A stretch of 64,000 nt of DNA from an uncultured Acidobacteriaceae bacterium (lineage in GTDB: Bacteria > Acidobacteriota > Terriglobia > Terriglobales > Acidobacteriaceae). Location of the stretch: contig CAVWHJ010000008.1 of assembly GCA_963754765.1 (NCBI GenBank), positions 53,733-117,732 on the forward strand. Direction: 5' to 3'. This document shows, one piece after another, positions 47,959 through 59,469 of the stretch; position 1 is the stretch's first letter, and each line of letters starts with the position of its first letter. A program made the translations under genes and the position numbers. The notes under the pieces were generated by a model. It ran no database searches. It was not told where the DNA came from and saw only the letters and a list, made by a program, of their open reading frames with translations.

Positions 47959-49776
47959 CTATAGGCTGTACTTCCCGGCCTTGATCACGTGTCGAGCGAC
48001 TTGACGGCGCAGGCTGATCGTGTCTGCCGAATCATGCTTCGACAGCCGCCGCAGAATCGTCAGTTGCGTCCGCAGCATGTCGCCTTCCGCCGCCGCCGCG
48101 ATCACCTTGCGCGCCGCCAGCTCAATCACCGACATCGCCTTGTCGGCATAGATGCGCGCCATGGCCACGGGAATCGCCGACGCTTCACTGCCCTGCCCCG
48201 CCGCAATCTTCTCCGCGCGCAGAATCGCAGTCTCCATCGCAAAGACCTCGATGATCATGTCGGCGATGGCTCCCATCACCTCCTGCTCATCGGCGATCTG
48301 CTGCATGTACTTCTGCGTGGCCGCTCCCGCGACAAACAGCGTCAGCTTCTTCGCATTCGCCAGCAAGTTGCAGCTCGTCAGCCAGCGGACCTTCGCGCTC
48401 CACCTTCTCGCTCGGCCCCGACATCACCTCGTCCATCAGCTTCTTGATCGCCGGCATCAGCGCCAGCTTGCCCGACATCGCGGACTTCATCAGCCAGCCC
48501 GTGATGATCAGCCGGTTGATCTCGTTCGTGCCCTCGAAGATCCGGTTGATCCGCGCATCGCGATACGCCGCTCCGCCGGATACTCCTCCACATAGCCATA
48601 GCCGGCGAAGATCTGCAGCACCTCATCGACCACCATGTCGAGCATCTCGCTCGCCCACACCTTCACGATCGAGCACTCGACCGCATAGTCCTCAATGCGC
48701 TTCTGAATCTCCTTCGTATCGTTCTTGTCGACGCCCGCAAGCGCCTTGTCGATCAGCCCGACCGTCCGATAGCACACCGCCCCGCCAACAAAGATCCCCG
48801 TCGCGCAGTTCGCAATCTTCTCCTGGATCAGCCCGAACTCCGAGATCGACTTGCCGAACGCCTTCCGATCGATCGCATAGCGAATCCCATTGTTCAGCGC
48901 CATGCGGCCGCCGCCAATCGCCGCATTGCCCAGCTTGTAGCGCCCGACATTCAAAATATTGAACGCGATGTGGTGCCCCTTGCCCACCTCGCCCAGCAGA
49001 TTCTCCGCCGGAATCACGCAGTCCGTCAGAATCAGCGGACAGGTCGAGCTGCCGCGAATGCCAAGCTTGTGCTCCTCCTTGCCCTGCGTAAAGCCCGGCG
49101 TCCCGCGCTCGATCAAAAACGCCGTCAGCTTCTCCTTCCCTGCATCCGGCCCATCCGGAATCGCACACTTCGCGAACACGGTGAACAGATCCGCAAAGCC
49201 CGCATTCGAGATCCACATCTTCTCGCCGTTCAGCGTGTAGGTCTTTCCATCCGCCGACAGCACCGCCTTCGTCTTCGCATTCACCGCATCCGATCCGCTC
49301 GTCGACTCCGACAGCGCATACGCCGACACGATCTCGCCCGACGCAATCTTCGGCAGATACTTCTTCTTCTGCTCCGGCGTTGCCGTACCACACCAGCGGC
49401 AGCGTCCCGATGCCGGTATGCGCAGAGAACGCCACCGAGAAGCTGGCCTGCTTCGAGATATTCTCCGCCACAATCGCCGACGTGGCCTTGTCCATCTCCA
49501 GCCCGCCGTACTCCTCCGGAATATCGATCGCCGTCAGCCCAAGCTCCGCCGCCTCCTTCAGCAGCCGCCGCGTAACCGAGAAGTCCTTCGCCTCAATCGG
49601 ATCGGACGCCGGCATAATCTCGTTGATGGCGAAGTTCGCGGTCGTCTCCGCAATCTGCTTCTGCTCATCGGTGAAATCCTCAGGAAAGAAACAGTCCGCA
49701 GGCGTCGGATCGCTGATGAGAAAACTCCACCCGGAATGCGTTTCGTGTCTGCGATTGGTGCGGTCATCGTTGCCAT
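47959..49776 (-). CDS. Acyl-CoA dehydrogenase; frameshifted
   Basis: YALSE..SGSD, LNGEKMWISN, KLGIRGSST, QIFAGYGY. Confidence 0.93.
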
Positions 49777-49809
49777 GGTGTTACTCCTTCTCAAATCTGA
49801 ACTCTCAAT

Positions 49810-50265
49810 TGCACTTAATTCAGCTTCAGCGATCAACTTGATCCGGTTCGAGAAGCTTTCCACCGAACGACACAACTGTTGGCCCTTCCAGCGAAACGTC
49901 TCAATTCAACTTCTGCGAGAGATACCGGTCGGTTGTTCAATCCTGATCCATCGTCTCATGTTCCACATCCATCTGAAACGTAATTCGCCAGAATTGATCA
50001 CTTGATAGAGCATCGCTCCGCCAACTGGCTGTTCACCTGGACTCAATCACTGGTCGAACATCCTCAATCGTGGCTGTGGCGCTCTGCCAGCGTCTGTCGA
50101 TCTCTTCGCTGACTGCGATGTTTGAAAAATAGAACAGCCACCACAAAAACAATAATCAGTCGCCAAGTATCCGACCATCGTCCAGAGCGTCTATTCGATC
50201 CTGTCGGCTTTTCGGAAGAATCTCTTTCGCAGCCTCTCGGTCCGACATGGAGTAACGACTCATGG
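49810..50265 (-). pseudogene. Degenerate/frameshifted small membrane-protein ORF inside the beta-oxidation operon
   Basis: Manual fragments LIIVFVVAVLFFKHR and RRWQSATATIEDVRPVI in different frames; visibly lower GC than flanks. Confidence 0.4.
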
Positions 50266-50266
50266 C

Positions 50267-51448
50267 CTAACTCACAGCCTCATAAATCCCAGCCGCTCCC
50301 ATCCCTCCACCAACACACATCGTCACAATCCCATACTTCGCCTTCCGCCGCGGCATCTCCCGCAACAGCGTCGCCGTCAGCTTCGCTCCCGTACAACCCA
50401 GCGGATGCCCAAGCGCAATCGCCCCGCCGTTCACATTCACCTTCGCCGGATCGATCCCCAGCACCTTCAACACCGCCAGCGACTGCGCCGCAAACGCCTC
50501 ATTCAACTCAAACAGATCGATATCCTCAAGCGACAGCCCAGCCATCTTCAACACCTTCGGAATCGCATGAATCGGCCCGATGCCCATCTCTTCCGGATCG
50601 CAACCCGCATACGCAAACGCCACAAACTTCGCCATCGCCTGAATCCCCAGCTGCGCCGCGCGCTCAGCCGACATCACAACAGCAGCCGCCGCTCCATCCG
50701 AAGTCTGGCTGGAGTTCCCCGCCGTCACCGTTCCCTTCGCATGAAAGACCGCCTTCAGCTTCGCCAGCGCCTCCAGCGAAGTATCGGCACGCGGCCCCTC
50801 ATCCTGCTTGAAGATCGACTCCACCGACTTTGCCTTGCCCTTCCCATTCGGCGTCGTATTTGTAACCGTAATCGGAACAATCTCATCCTCAAACTTCCCT
50901 GCCGCGATCGCGGCAAGCGCCTTCTGATGGCTCTCATACGAGAACTGATCCATCTGCTCGCGCGTGATCCCGTAGTGCGTCGCAACCCGCTCCGCCGTAA
51001 GCCCCATCGACATATACGACCCCGGATAGTTATCCACCAGCCACGGATTCACCGAGATCTTGTTCCCGCCGAACGGCACATACGACATGCTCTCCGTCCC
51101 ACCCGCCACAATCACATCCGCACCGCCGCCACGAATCCGCTCCGCCGCCAGCGCAATCGACTGCAGCCCCGACGCGCAGTAACGGTTGATCGTCATCCCC
51201 GAGACCGTAATCGGCAGACCCGCACGAAAGCTGGCGACGCGCGCAACATTCATTCCCTGCTCTGCCTCTGGCATCGCGCAGCCCAGAATCACATCCTCAA
51301 TCTCCGACTTATCCAGCTGCGGAACACGCTCCAGCGCGCCATTGATGGCGAACGCCGCAAGATCATCCGGGCGCGTTGCCCGAAGCGTCCCACGCGGAGC
51401 CTTGCCCACTGCCGTACGCACCGCCGATGCAATAATCACTTCTTTCAT
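50267..51448 (-). CDS. fadA: Acetyl-CoA C-acyltransferase (thiolase)
   Basis: NRYCASG, NEAFA, GHPLG, MCVGGG. Confidence 0.93.
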   Translation of the reverse strand: MKEVIIASAVRTAVGKAPRGTLRATRPDDLAAFAINGALERVPQLDKSEIEDVILGCAMPEAEQGMNVARVASFRAGLPITVSGMTINRYCASGLQSIALAAERIRGGGADVIVAGGTESMSYVPFGGNKISVNPWLVDNYPGSYMSMGLTAERVATHYGITREQMDQFSYESHQKALAAIAAGKFEDEIVPITVTNTTPNGKGKAKSVESIFKQDEGPRADTSLEALAKLKAVFHAKGTVTAGNSSQTSDGAAAAVVMSAERAAQLGIQAMAKFVAFAYAGCDPEEMGIGPIHAIPKVLKMAGLSLEDIDLFELNEAFAAQSLAVLKVLGIDPAKVNVNGGAIALGHPLGCTGAKLTATLLREMPRRKAKYGIVTMCVGGGMGAAGIYEAVS

Positions 51449-51508
51449 AACACCCCTCAAATCCGACTTCGCCATAAACTGACAACTGAGCAACGGACGA
51501 ACTGCAAC

Positions 51509-54013
51509 CTAGTTCCTCAACGGCTTTCCCGTCTTCAACGTAAACGCAATCCGCTCCTGCGTCTTCTTCTCGCCGCACAAGCACAAAAACGCCTCGCGCT
51601 CAAGATCAAGCAGATACTGCTCCGTAACCGGCGTACCCGGCGTCACCTTGCCTCCGCACAGCGCATACGCAACCCAGTTCGCAATCTTCACATCGTGATC
51701 GGAGATGTACTGACCCTCCCGCATCGTCCACACCGCCAGCTTCAACGTAGCCAGTGCGTTCTCACCGGGAGCCGCAATATCCGTGCGCGGCGTCGGCGCA
51801 CTATAGCCCGCATCAGCAATAGCCCGAGCCTTCGTCTTCGCATCCGTCAGCAACCGCTCGCGATTCATCGTAATCGCGTCCGACGGCCTGAAGAAGCCCA
51901 TCGACCGAGCCTCCGCAGCCGAGGTCGAAACCTTCGCCATCGCAATCGTCTCAAAGTTCTTCTTCAGCGCCTCGAATATCTCGACGCCTTCGCCGCGCGC
52001 ATCAGGCCGAATGCTCGAACCCGCCTCAACGCTGCGAATCGTCATCTCCTTACATCCACCGCCGCCCGGAATCAACCCAACACCCGCCTCCACCAGCCCC
52101 ATATAAAGCTCCGCATGAGGCTGACGCGCAGCCGCATGAAGCGAGATCTCAACGCCACCCCCAAGACACATCCCATACGGCGCAACCACCACCGGCCGCG
52201 GGCAGAACTTGATCGCCTGCGTCATATTCTGGAACGCGCGGACCGCCATCTCAACCTCATCCCACTCCTCTTCCTGAATCCCGAGCAGCAACTGCATCAG
52301 ATTCGCGCCAACCGAGAAATTCGCCGAGTCACCCGTGATGACGAACGCCTCAAAGTTCCCGACGCTCTCACTCGAAGGCTTCAGCGTCTGCGTAATCAGA
52401 TTGACGATGTCATCGCCGAGCGCATTCATCTTCGAGTGCAGCTCAATCGCCGCAACTCCATCGCCCAGATCGACAACGGAAGCGCCCGGATTCTTCTTCA
52501 CAACGCCCTTCGCCTTCTTGATCACAGCCAGCGAAGTCACGCCATCCGCCGTCAACAACAGGCTTGTATGCACCGGTCACCGGATCAAAGAACAGTCGCC
52601 CCGAAGGCACCGAAGCATCATCCTTGTACCAGGTCGGATTCGCCTCGCCATGCTTGTCCGCATACGCAAGCAGCTTCTCCACATTCGCCGAAATCGGCTC
52701 GCCCCGCCGCCCGCATCTTCTCCGTCGTAGCGCGAACACCAGCCGCATCAAACATCTCGAACGGCCCAAGCTCCCAGTTGTACCCGGCCTTCATCGCCTG
52801 ATCGATCTCGACGATGTTGTCTGCGATCTCAGGCACGCGATTCGCGCTATAGGTAAAAAGCTCCGTGAGAAACGGCCAGTAAAACGCAGCAGCCTTATCC
52901 TTGCTCGCATCGCCATGCAGAAGCTGCGCGATCCGCGCGTGCGAAGACTCCACGTTCTTCGCCATCTCGATCGCAGGAAACTTCGGCCGCATGCTGGGCT
53001 TGTAGTCGAGCGTCTGCCAGTCGAGAACATGCCGCAGATCGCGGCCTTCCGCGTCTTTGCCCTCTTTCTTGTAGAAGCCCTGCTTCGACTTATCGCCCAG
53101 CCACTTCTTCTCCAGCATCTTGTCGATGAACGGCGCAAGCCCCACATCCGCGCGCTCATCCTTGATCTTTGCCGCCTGCGCGGCAAAGTTCTTCGCCACA
53201 TGCGCCATCACGTCCACGCCCACCATATCGCCCAGGCGAAACGTTCCCGTCTTCGGCCATCCGAGCGCCGAGCCGGTCAGCGTATCGACCTCTTCGATCG
53301 AAAGGCTCTGCTCCTGCATCAGCCGAATCGCATTGCTCATCGAAAACGTTCCGATGCGATTCGCAATAAAGTTCGGCGTATCGTGCGCATGGACGATCGC
53401 CTTGCCCAAGCCGCAGATCGCAGAAGTGCTCCACCGCCGCCATGTCCGCCGGATCAGAGTCTGGCGTAGCAATAATCTCAAGCAGCCGCATATAGCGTGG
53501 CGGATTGAAGAAGTGCGTGCCGAACCAGTGGCGTCGCAACTCCATCGGCATACCTTCGACGATCTCGTGGATCGGCAGACCGCTCGTATTGCTCGTCACA
53601 ATCGAGTCCGCATGCCGATGCTGCAGCACCTTGTTCAGCAGCGCCCGCTTGATCTCCATATTCTCTGCTACGACTTCGATGATCCAGTCGCAGTCCGCGA
53701 TCAGCGCAAGATCATCGTCAAAGTTTCCGATCGTAATCAGGCGTGCATTGTCAGGCGAATAAAACGCCGCAGGCTTCGACTTCTTCAACCCATCAAGCGC
53801 AGCGAGAACGATCTTGTTGCGCTCCTGCTTCGGCGCAGCGGCGTCGGTTCCCGGTGGAACGATGTCGAGCATCACCACTGGAAGACCCGCGTTAGTGATG
53901 TGCGCCGCAATGCGAGAGCCCATAGTTCCAGCTCCGAGGACGGCTACTTTTTTGATCTGTCGATGACCGGCCGAGGGCCTGGTCGAGGGTGCGGCGGTGG
54001 TGCTGGGGGGCAT
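51509..54013 (-). CDS. 3-hydroxyacyl-CoA dehydrogenase/enoyl-CoA hydratase (FadN-type); frameshifted
   Basis: GAGTMG, SNTSG, HFFNPPRY, FSVGANL, LGGGVE. Confidence 0.92.
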
Positions 54014-54199
54014 CGTGCAGGCTCCGGCGGGCTATTTACCCGAACGATGCGAAGCATACTGAATGACCATTCATTTCGTCAAGTGAACGCAGGGTCAATT
54101 TTCCAAACCGCTGATTCTAAGACCGCAACCACCCGCCGCGTCCAGCTCTGGGTATCATGAACCAAGCGAAATTTGTGCGAACAAAGGGGCCTCCGCAAG

Positions 54200-55423
54200 A
54201 TGGGAACGACGACGCGACGAGAGTTTTTTGCCTTGGCAGTTGGAACGACAGCCTTTTCTGCGACTTTTCCCGCCTGGGCCCCAGCCACGGAAAAGGATGC
54301 AGTGCCCACCTCCTACGATCTCGTCGCCACCACCGACCGAACGCGAATCCTCGCCGCCGCCAACCGCTACCTCTCCGAGCAACCCGTCACCGTCACGGCC
54401 TCACGCAGCGAACGCAGCAAAGGCGGCCAGCACGACTACTTCTCCGAGGGCGACTACTGGTGGCCCGATGAAAAAAATCCCAGCGGTCCCTACATCCGCC
54501 GCGACGGCTTCACCAATCCCGCAAACTTCGACGACCATCGCAAAGCCATGGTGCGACTCAGCCTCATCGTTCCGGCGCTCGCAGCCGCATGGGAGCTGAC
54601 CGCCGAAAAGAAGTACGCCGATCATGCTGCGAAACATCTGCGCGCCTGGTTCGTCGACCCCGCCACAAAGATGAACGCGAACCTCGAGTACGCGCAAGCC
54701 ATCTTCAATCTCAACAACGGCCGCGGCATAGGAATTATCGACACGCTCCACCTCGTCGAACCCGCCCGCGCAGCGACAGGTCCTCGCGAACGCCGGAGTC
54801 CTCGAGGGCGCATCAGCCATCAAGGCCTGGTTCGCCGAATATCTCAACTGGATGCGCACCTCGAAGAACGGCCAGGAAGAGCGCGACGCGAAGAACAACC
54901 ACGGCAGCTGCTGGGTCATGCAGGCCGCCGAGTTCGCGAGATTCACCGGCAACGAAGAAGTCATGGCCTGGTGCCGCGAGCGTTTCAAGTCTGCGCTCGT
55001 CCCCGAACAGATCGCCCCCGACGGCAGCCTGCCGCTCGAACTCGCGCGCACCAAGCCCTACAGCTACTGCCTCTTCGATCTCGACGTCATGGCCACCATC
55101 TGCCAGACGCTCTCAACCGAAAAAGACAACCTCTGGACCTTCACCACACCAGACGGCCGCGGCATGCGCAAGCTCCTGTCCTTCATGGTGCCCTTCATCA
55201 AGGACAAGGCCACATGGCCCTACAAGCACGATGTCGAACACTGGGACGACTTCCCCAATCGCCAGCCGAGCCTTCTCTTCGCCGGCGTCGCTTTCGGCAG
55301 AACGACTACATCGCCTTGTGGAAGACGTTGAACGCCGATCCCACCGTGCCCGAGGTCATCCGAAACTTCCCCATCCGTCAGCCTTTGCTATGGATGGAGA
55401 AGCCCGGACGCTCGCAAAGATAG
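54200..55423 (+). CDS. Alginate-lyase-family polysaccharide lyase with Tat-like signal; frameshifted
   Basis: TRREFF signal; HDYFSEGDYWWP, KNNHG, ELARTKPYSY. Confidence 0.8.
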   Translation: MGTTTRREFFALAVGTTAFSATFPAWAPATEKDAVPTSYDLVATTDRTRILAAANRYLSEQPVTVTASRSERSKGGQHDYFSEGDYWWPDEKNPSGPYIRRDGFTNPANFDDHRKAMVRLSLIVPALAAAWELTAEKKYADHAAKHLRAWFVDPATKMNANLEYAQAIFNLNNGRGIGIIDTLHLVEPARAATGPRERRSPRGRISHQGLVRRISQLDAHLEERPGRARREEQPRQLLGHAGRRVREIHRQRRSHGLVPRAFQVCARPRTDRPRRQPAARTRAHQALQLLPLRSRRHGHHLPDALNRKRQPLDLHHTRRPRHAQAPVLHGALHQGQGHMALQARCRTLGRLPQSPAEPSLRRRRFRQNDYIALWKTLNADPTVPEVIRNFPIRQPLLWMEKPGRSQR

Positions 55424-56616
55424 TTAGTGCTTCCCTTCCGCGAGCCGATGCATCTCCGACCCCGCCAGAAGAAATCCACCAACGCCATACACATAACTCG
55501 CCGATGGCTTGAACTTGCCCGGCTGCCCATCGATCGGCTGAATCGAACCCAGTCGTCCATCCGCGTAGATGTGCGCGAGCATTCCCTTCCACGATTTCTC
55601 GACGACCGGCAGATAGGTCTTGCGATCAAGAATCTTCTCGTTGATCCCATACGCGATCCCAAACGTGAAGAACGCCGAACCCGAAACCTCCGGCAGATCG
55701 TACGCGCCCGGATCAAGCAGCCCCGAACGCCACAATCCATCAGCACTCTGAATCGCGGCAATCTCCGCCGCCATCTCGCGAAACTGCGCAACATACTTCG
55801 GCCGTGAAGGATAATCCGTCGGCATAATCTGCAGCACATTCACCAGAGCCCCCATCACCCAGCCATTCCCGCGCGACCAGAAGATCGGCTTGCCGTTCGC
55901 CTGTTTCTGCGTGAAGTAGCGGCTGTCGCGAAAGTAAAGATGGTTCTCTTGGTTGTACAGGCTCGCCGAAGTCAGCCACCACTCATGGTCCATGTAGTCG
56001 AGATACTTCTTGTCATGCGTAATCTCGTACATCCGCAGCAGCACCGGCGGCGACATGAACAGCGCATCGCACCACCACCACAGCAGCTTGTCCGGATCAT
56101 CCGCGCGAACCATCAGCCGATCCATCGTCGCCTTCGTATCCGCCATCCGTACCGCCTGTTTGTTCTCCAGATAGAGATCGAGATACGCCTGCCCAAAAGC
56201 CTGATCGTCCGCATGCGGAAAGCGATCGCCAATCAGCGTCCAGTCGACCGCTCGGCAAAATGCAGCACGGCGTCGTGATACTTCGGATCGCCCGTGGTCT
56301 TCGATGCCGCAAGCAGCCCGTCGTAAAGCGCCGCGAACGTCCACTGCTTATTGAAGTTCGGCTCCGCCACCTTCACCTGCCAGTCGCCGACCTTTTTCAT
56401 CGCAGCATCAATCGCCTTCGGCTTCAACTCAGCCGAAAGATCCGTCGCAAGCGGCCCGGGATCATCCGGCGCATCTCCCACATGCGCGCGCTCGACCGCC
56501 GCAGCCGTGGCAGACTGGGCCGCTGGCGCAGTCTGCCCGTAAGAACTGAAACAGCCCGCGGAAAAAATCACAACAAACGCAACGCTTCGAAACGACAATA
56601 GCTTTGTAAAGTTCAC
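55424..56616 (-). CDS. GH105/GH88 unsaturated glycuronyl hydrolase; frameshift ~56240
   Basis: HADD, WWWCDALFM, WSRGNGW, EVSGSA. Confidence 0.9.
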
Positions 56617-56633
56617 AGTCCTCTTCCTTTTTT

Positions 56634-57807
56634 TTAAACGAGACTTCCATTCATCACTAACGCAACCGCACTCCGCAGTCGCGCCGTATTTCCCTCAAAC
56701 GAAGGCCGCAGTCTCGGCTCCTTCGAAAGAGCATTCTGCCTCAGCTCCGCCTCGACAATCGGGCCGAACATGTACCAGGCAGTCGTGATATCACCAACGA
56801 TCACAATCTCGCTCGGCGCCAGCGCAGACGCGATCATCCGCAGCCCGCGCCCCAGGAACGACGACATCTTCTCCAGCGCCCTTTTGGCGTGGACATCATC
56901 TGCCTGCGCCATCTTCACCAGCGCAGCAAAACTCGGAGGAGCCGCAAGCCCGCTCAAGTCCTCGTAGTACCGAAGCCCCGCGCGATTCGAGCCGACCGTC
57001 TCCCAGCAGCCACGCCCGCCGCATCCGCAAAGCGGCCCGTTCGCTTCCATCTGCACATGGCCAAACTCGCCCAGCCATTCCGTTGGCTCCTCGAAGCAGC
57101 TGCCCATTGGCAAAAATTCCCGTCCCGATTCCCTCTGATACATTCACCACCACCAGATCATGCAGCCCGTCGCTGTCGCCGAACCAGACCTCCGAGAGCG
57201 CACAGGCATTCGCCACGTTGTCCATCTCCACATGCAACCCCGTGGCTCGTTGAATGCGCGACTTGATGCTCGACACCGGCCAGTTCAGATTCGGCGCGAA
57301 GATAAGCTTTTCCAGAACCGGATCGGCGCGACCCGGAAGGCTGATGCCAATGCCGTCGAAGGATTTTTCACTGTGCGCAGCCATCAGCTTGCGAATCGCA
57401 TTGATAATCGACTGAATCGCCTTATTCGGATCATCCGGCAGCGCAACGACATTCTGCGCAACAATCTTGCCGCCAAGATCCGTCACCGCAACCGTCGTCT
57501 GCGACGGATGAATATCCAGCGCGATCACCGCCCGCTGGTGATTCAATTCAAGAAACGTCGGCCTGCGTCCGCGAGGCGGCCTTCCCGTCGACCCTTCAAG
57601 TATCCATCTCTCCTTGATCAGGTCTTCGACGATCAGCGAAACAGTGCTGCGCTGCAGGCCGGAGACGCGGGCAAGATCAGCGCGCGATAGAGGTTGGCGC
57701 GTTCGAATCAGATTGAACACCAGGTTCCGATTAATCTGGCGCGGCGTCTTGTTCGATGCGCTCTGCCGCCGGGTAAACGTAAACCGTGAAGCTTGTGGAG
57801 TGGACAT
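56634..57807 (-). CDS. ROK family transcriptional regulator; frameshifted
   Basis: N-terminal HTH plus GRRP; DNVANA, EFGH..GPLCGCGGRGCWE. Confidence 0.92.
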
Positions 57808-58080
57808 GTTTAAATTTCCAGTCTCATAACAATCGATGCAATCACTTTCCAGGCTGGCCTACGTACAACGGCTCGGCGGATAAGCACACAGTTTCTTGGC
57901 ATCTTTCGTGACGAGTCTTTATATCACTGGAGTTGGACATTTTGTAGATGCTTTGAATTATTGCGAGTTTCGACGCAAAATCCCAGTCAAATTGCCTCAT
58001 CTGGCAACCGCTATTCGATCTCGCCACCCCATAAGGAACGGTGTTGCAACCAACCGCGCTTTGATACTGTGAGTCACATC

Positions 58081-58682
58081 ATGGACTCATCCAATGGATA
58101 CGAATCAATCGCCGCAGAATGGCTTGCACACCGCGGCAATCCTAAGACACGTGCGAATGCAATCGGCGTGCAGGAGGTGCGGAAGTGGGCGAAAACACTG
58201 CCACCTGGAAGCAGCGTGATTGATCTTGGTTGCGGCCCCGGCTTTCCCCTCACAGTAGTGCTGGTCGAAGAAGGTCTTCAAGTCTTCGGGGTAGATGCAT
58301 CGCCATCGTTCGTTGCCGCATTCCGACACAACCTACCCGGCACGCCCATTGTTTGCGAATCTGTCCTCGAGTCGAAATTCTTAATCGAACCTTCGATGCC
58401 GTCCTGTCAATCGGACTAATCTTCCTCCTCAGCGCGGAAGAGCAGCATCACCTGATACGCAGATTCGCCGACGCCATGGTCCCGGGCGGTCGCCTGCTAT
58501 TCACCTCAACCGTCAAACCTCACGTGTGGAACGATGTGATGACAGACATGAAGTCAATTTCGCTGGGAGCCGAGGAATACCGCACACAACTCTCGGCAGT
58601 TGGTCTCACCGTCACAAGCGAATACGAGGATCGAGGCCAAAACCACTACTTCGAAGCTCTCAAAACTGCTCAAAACGCGTGA
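58081..58682 (+). CDS. Class I SAM-dependent methyltransferase; frameshift ~58380
   Basis: VIDLGCGPG, GVDAS, PGGRLLF. Confidence 0.85.
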
Positions 58683-58769
58683 CACCAGCGGGACCTCGCA
58701 TTGAAAGCCCTGCCGTCGATTGCTCAGCTACTTTGAAAGTCCACATCTAGCCATGCTAGCCTCAATATT

Positions 58770-59380
58770 GTGGCGACATATCTAGAGCAATCGCTCACAA
58801 AACTGAAAGAGTTTGAAGGCTGTGTCCCGTGGATGTATCGCGACACAGTAGGCAAATCACCGTCGGCGTCGGCCTCATGTTGCCCGACGCCAAAGCGGCT
58901 CAAGCCCTTCCCTTCCTCTCCGGCCCGCAGCCCGCAACACCAGAACAAATCGCCGCAGAGTTCGCCCGCGTCGACGCCCTACCTCTCGGCCGAGCCTCCG
59001 CGTTCTACAAAACTCCAACCTCCCTCCAACTCACCCAGCAAACCATCGACGCAAAACTCATCACCGTCCTTCAAAACTTCGAGTCCGATCTCCGCACCGA
59101 GTTCCCCCACTACGACACCATTCCCGACCCAGTAAAGCTCGCCCTCCTCGACATGATCTACAACCTCGGCCCCGCCGGCCTCTTCAAAGGCTTCCCCCAT
59201 CTCGTCGCAGCCGTTCAGGCCGGAGCCTGGGCGCAGGCCGCCGAACACTGCATCCGTCGCGGCCCCAGCGCGGCACGCAACAACTGGACCCGAAATCAGT
59301 TCCTTAGCGCAGTCGTCGGCACCATCACAGCAGAGGCCGAAGGTTGGCTTTCACGAATCTGGCTCGCATACGTCATATAG
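58770..59380 (+). CDS. T4-lysozyme-like (GH24) muramidase; frameshift ~58853
   Basis: Joined frames give E-GCVPWMYR-D-TVGKI-T (E-x8-D-x5-T), TVGVG, and ALLDMIYNLG. Confidence 0.75.
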
Positions 59381-59469
59381 CTGACAACATCTTCGGCCGA
59401 AGCCGTTAGGAGACCCCTCCGCGCTTCGGTATAGTTGGATTCTCGACTGAAAAGTCCTCGGAGGACAGT

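Noticed and set aside
50405-52801. Long 798-aa + strand ORF and similar Arg/Pro-rich ORFs (794..2269, 32529..33911, most of 11833..14337 and 60204..62381)
   Set aside because: Shadow or off-frame ORFs overlapping well-supported genes; expected in high-GC, codon-biased DNA.
58081-59380. Methyltransferase plus lysozyme as a prophage remnant or defence system
   Set aside because: No integrase, structural or nuclease genes; the methyltransferase lacks DNA-MTase catalytic motifs such as DPPY/NPPY.
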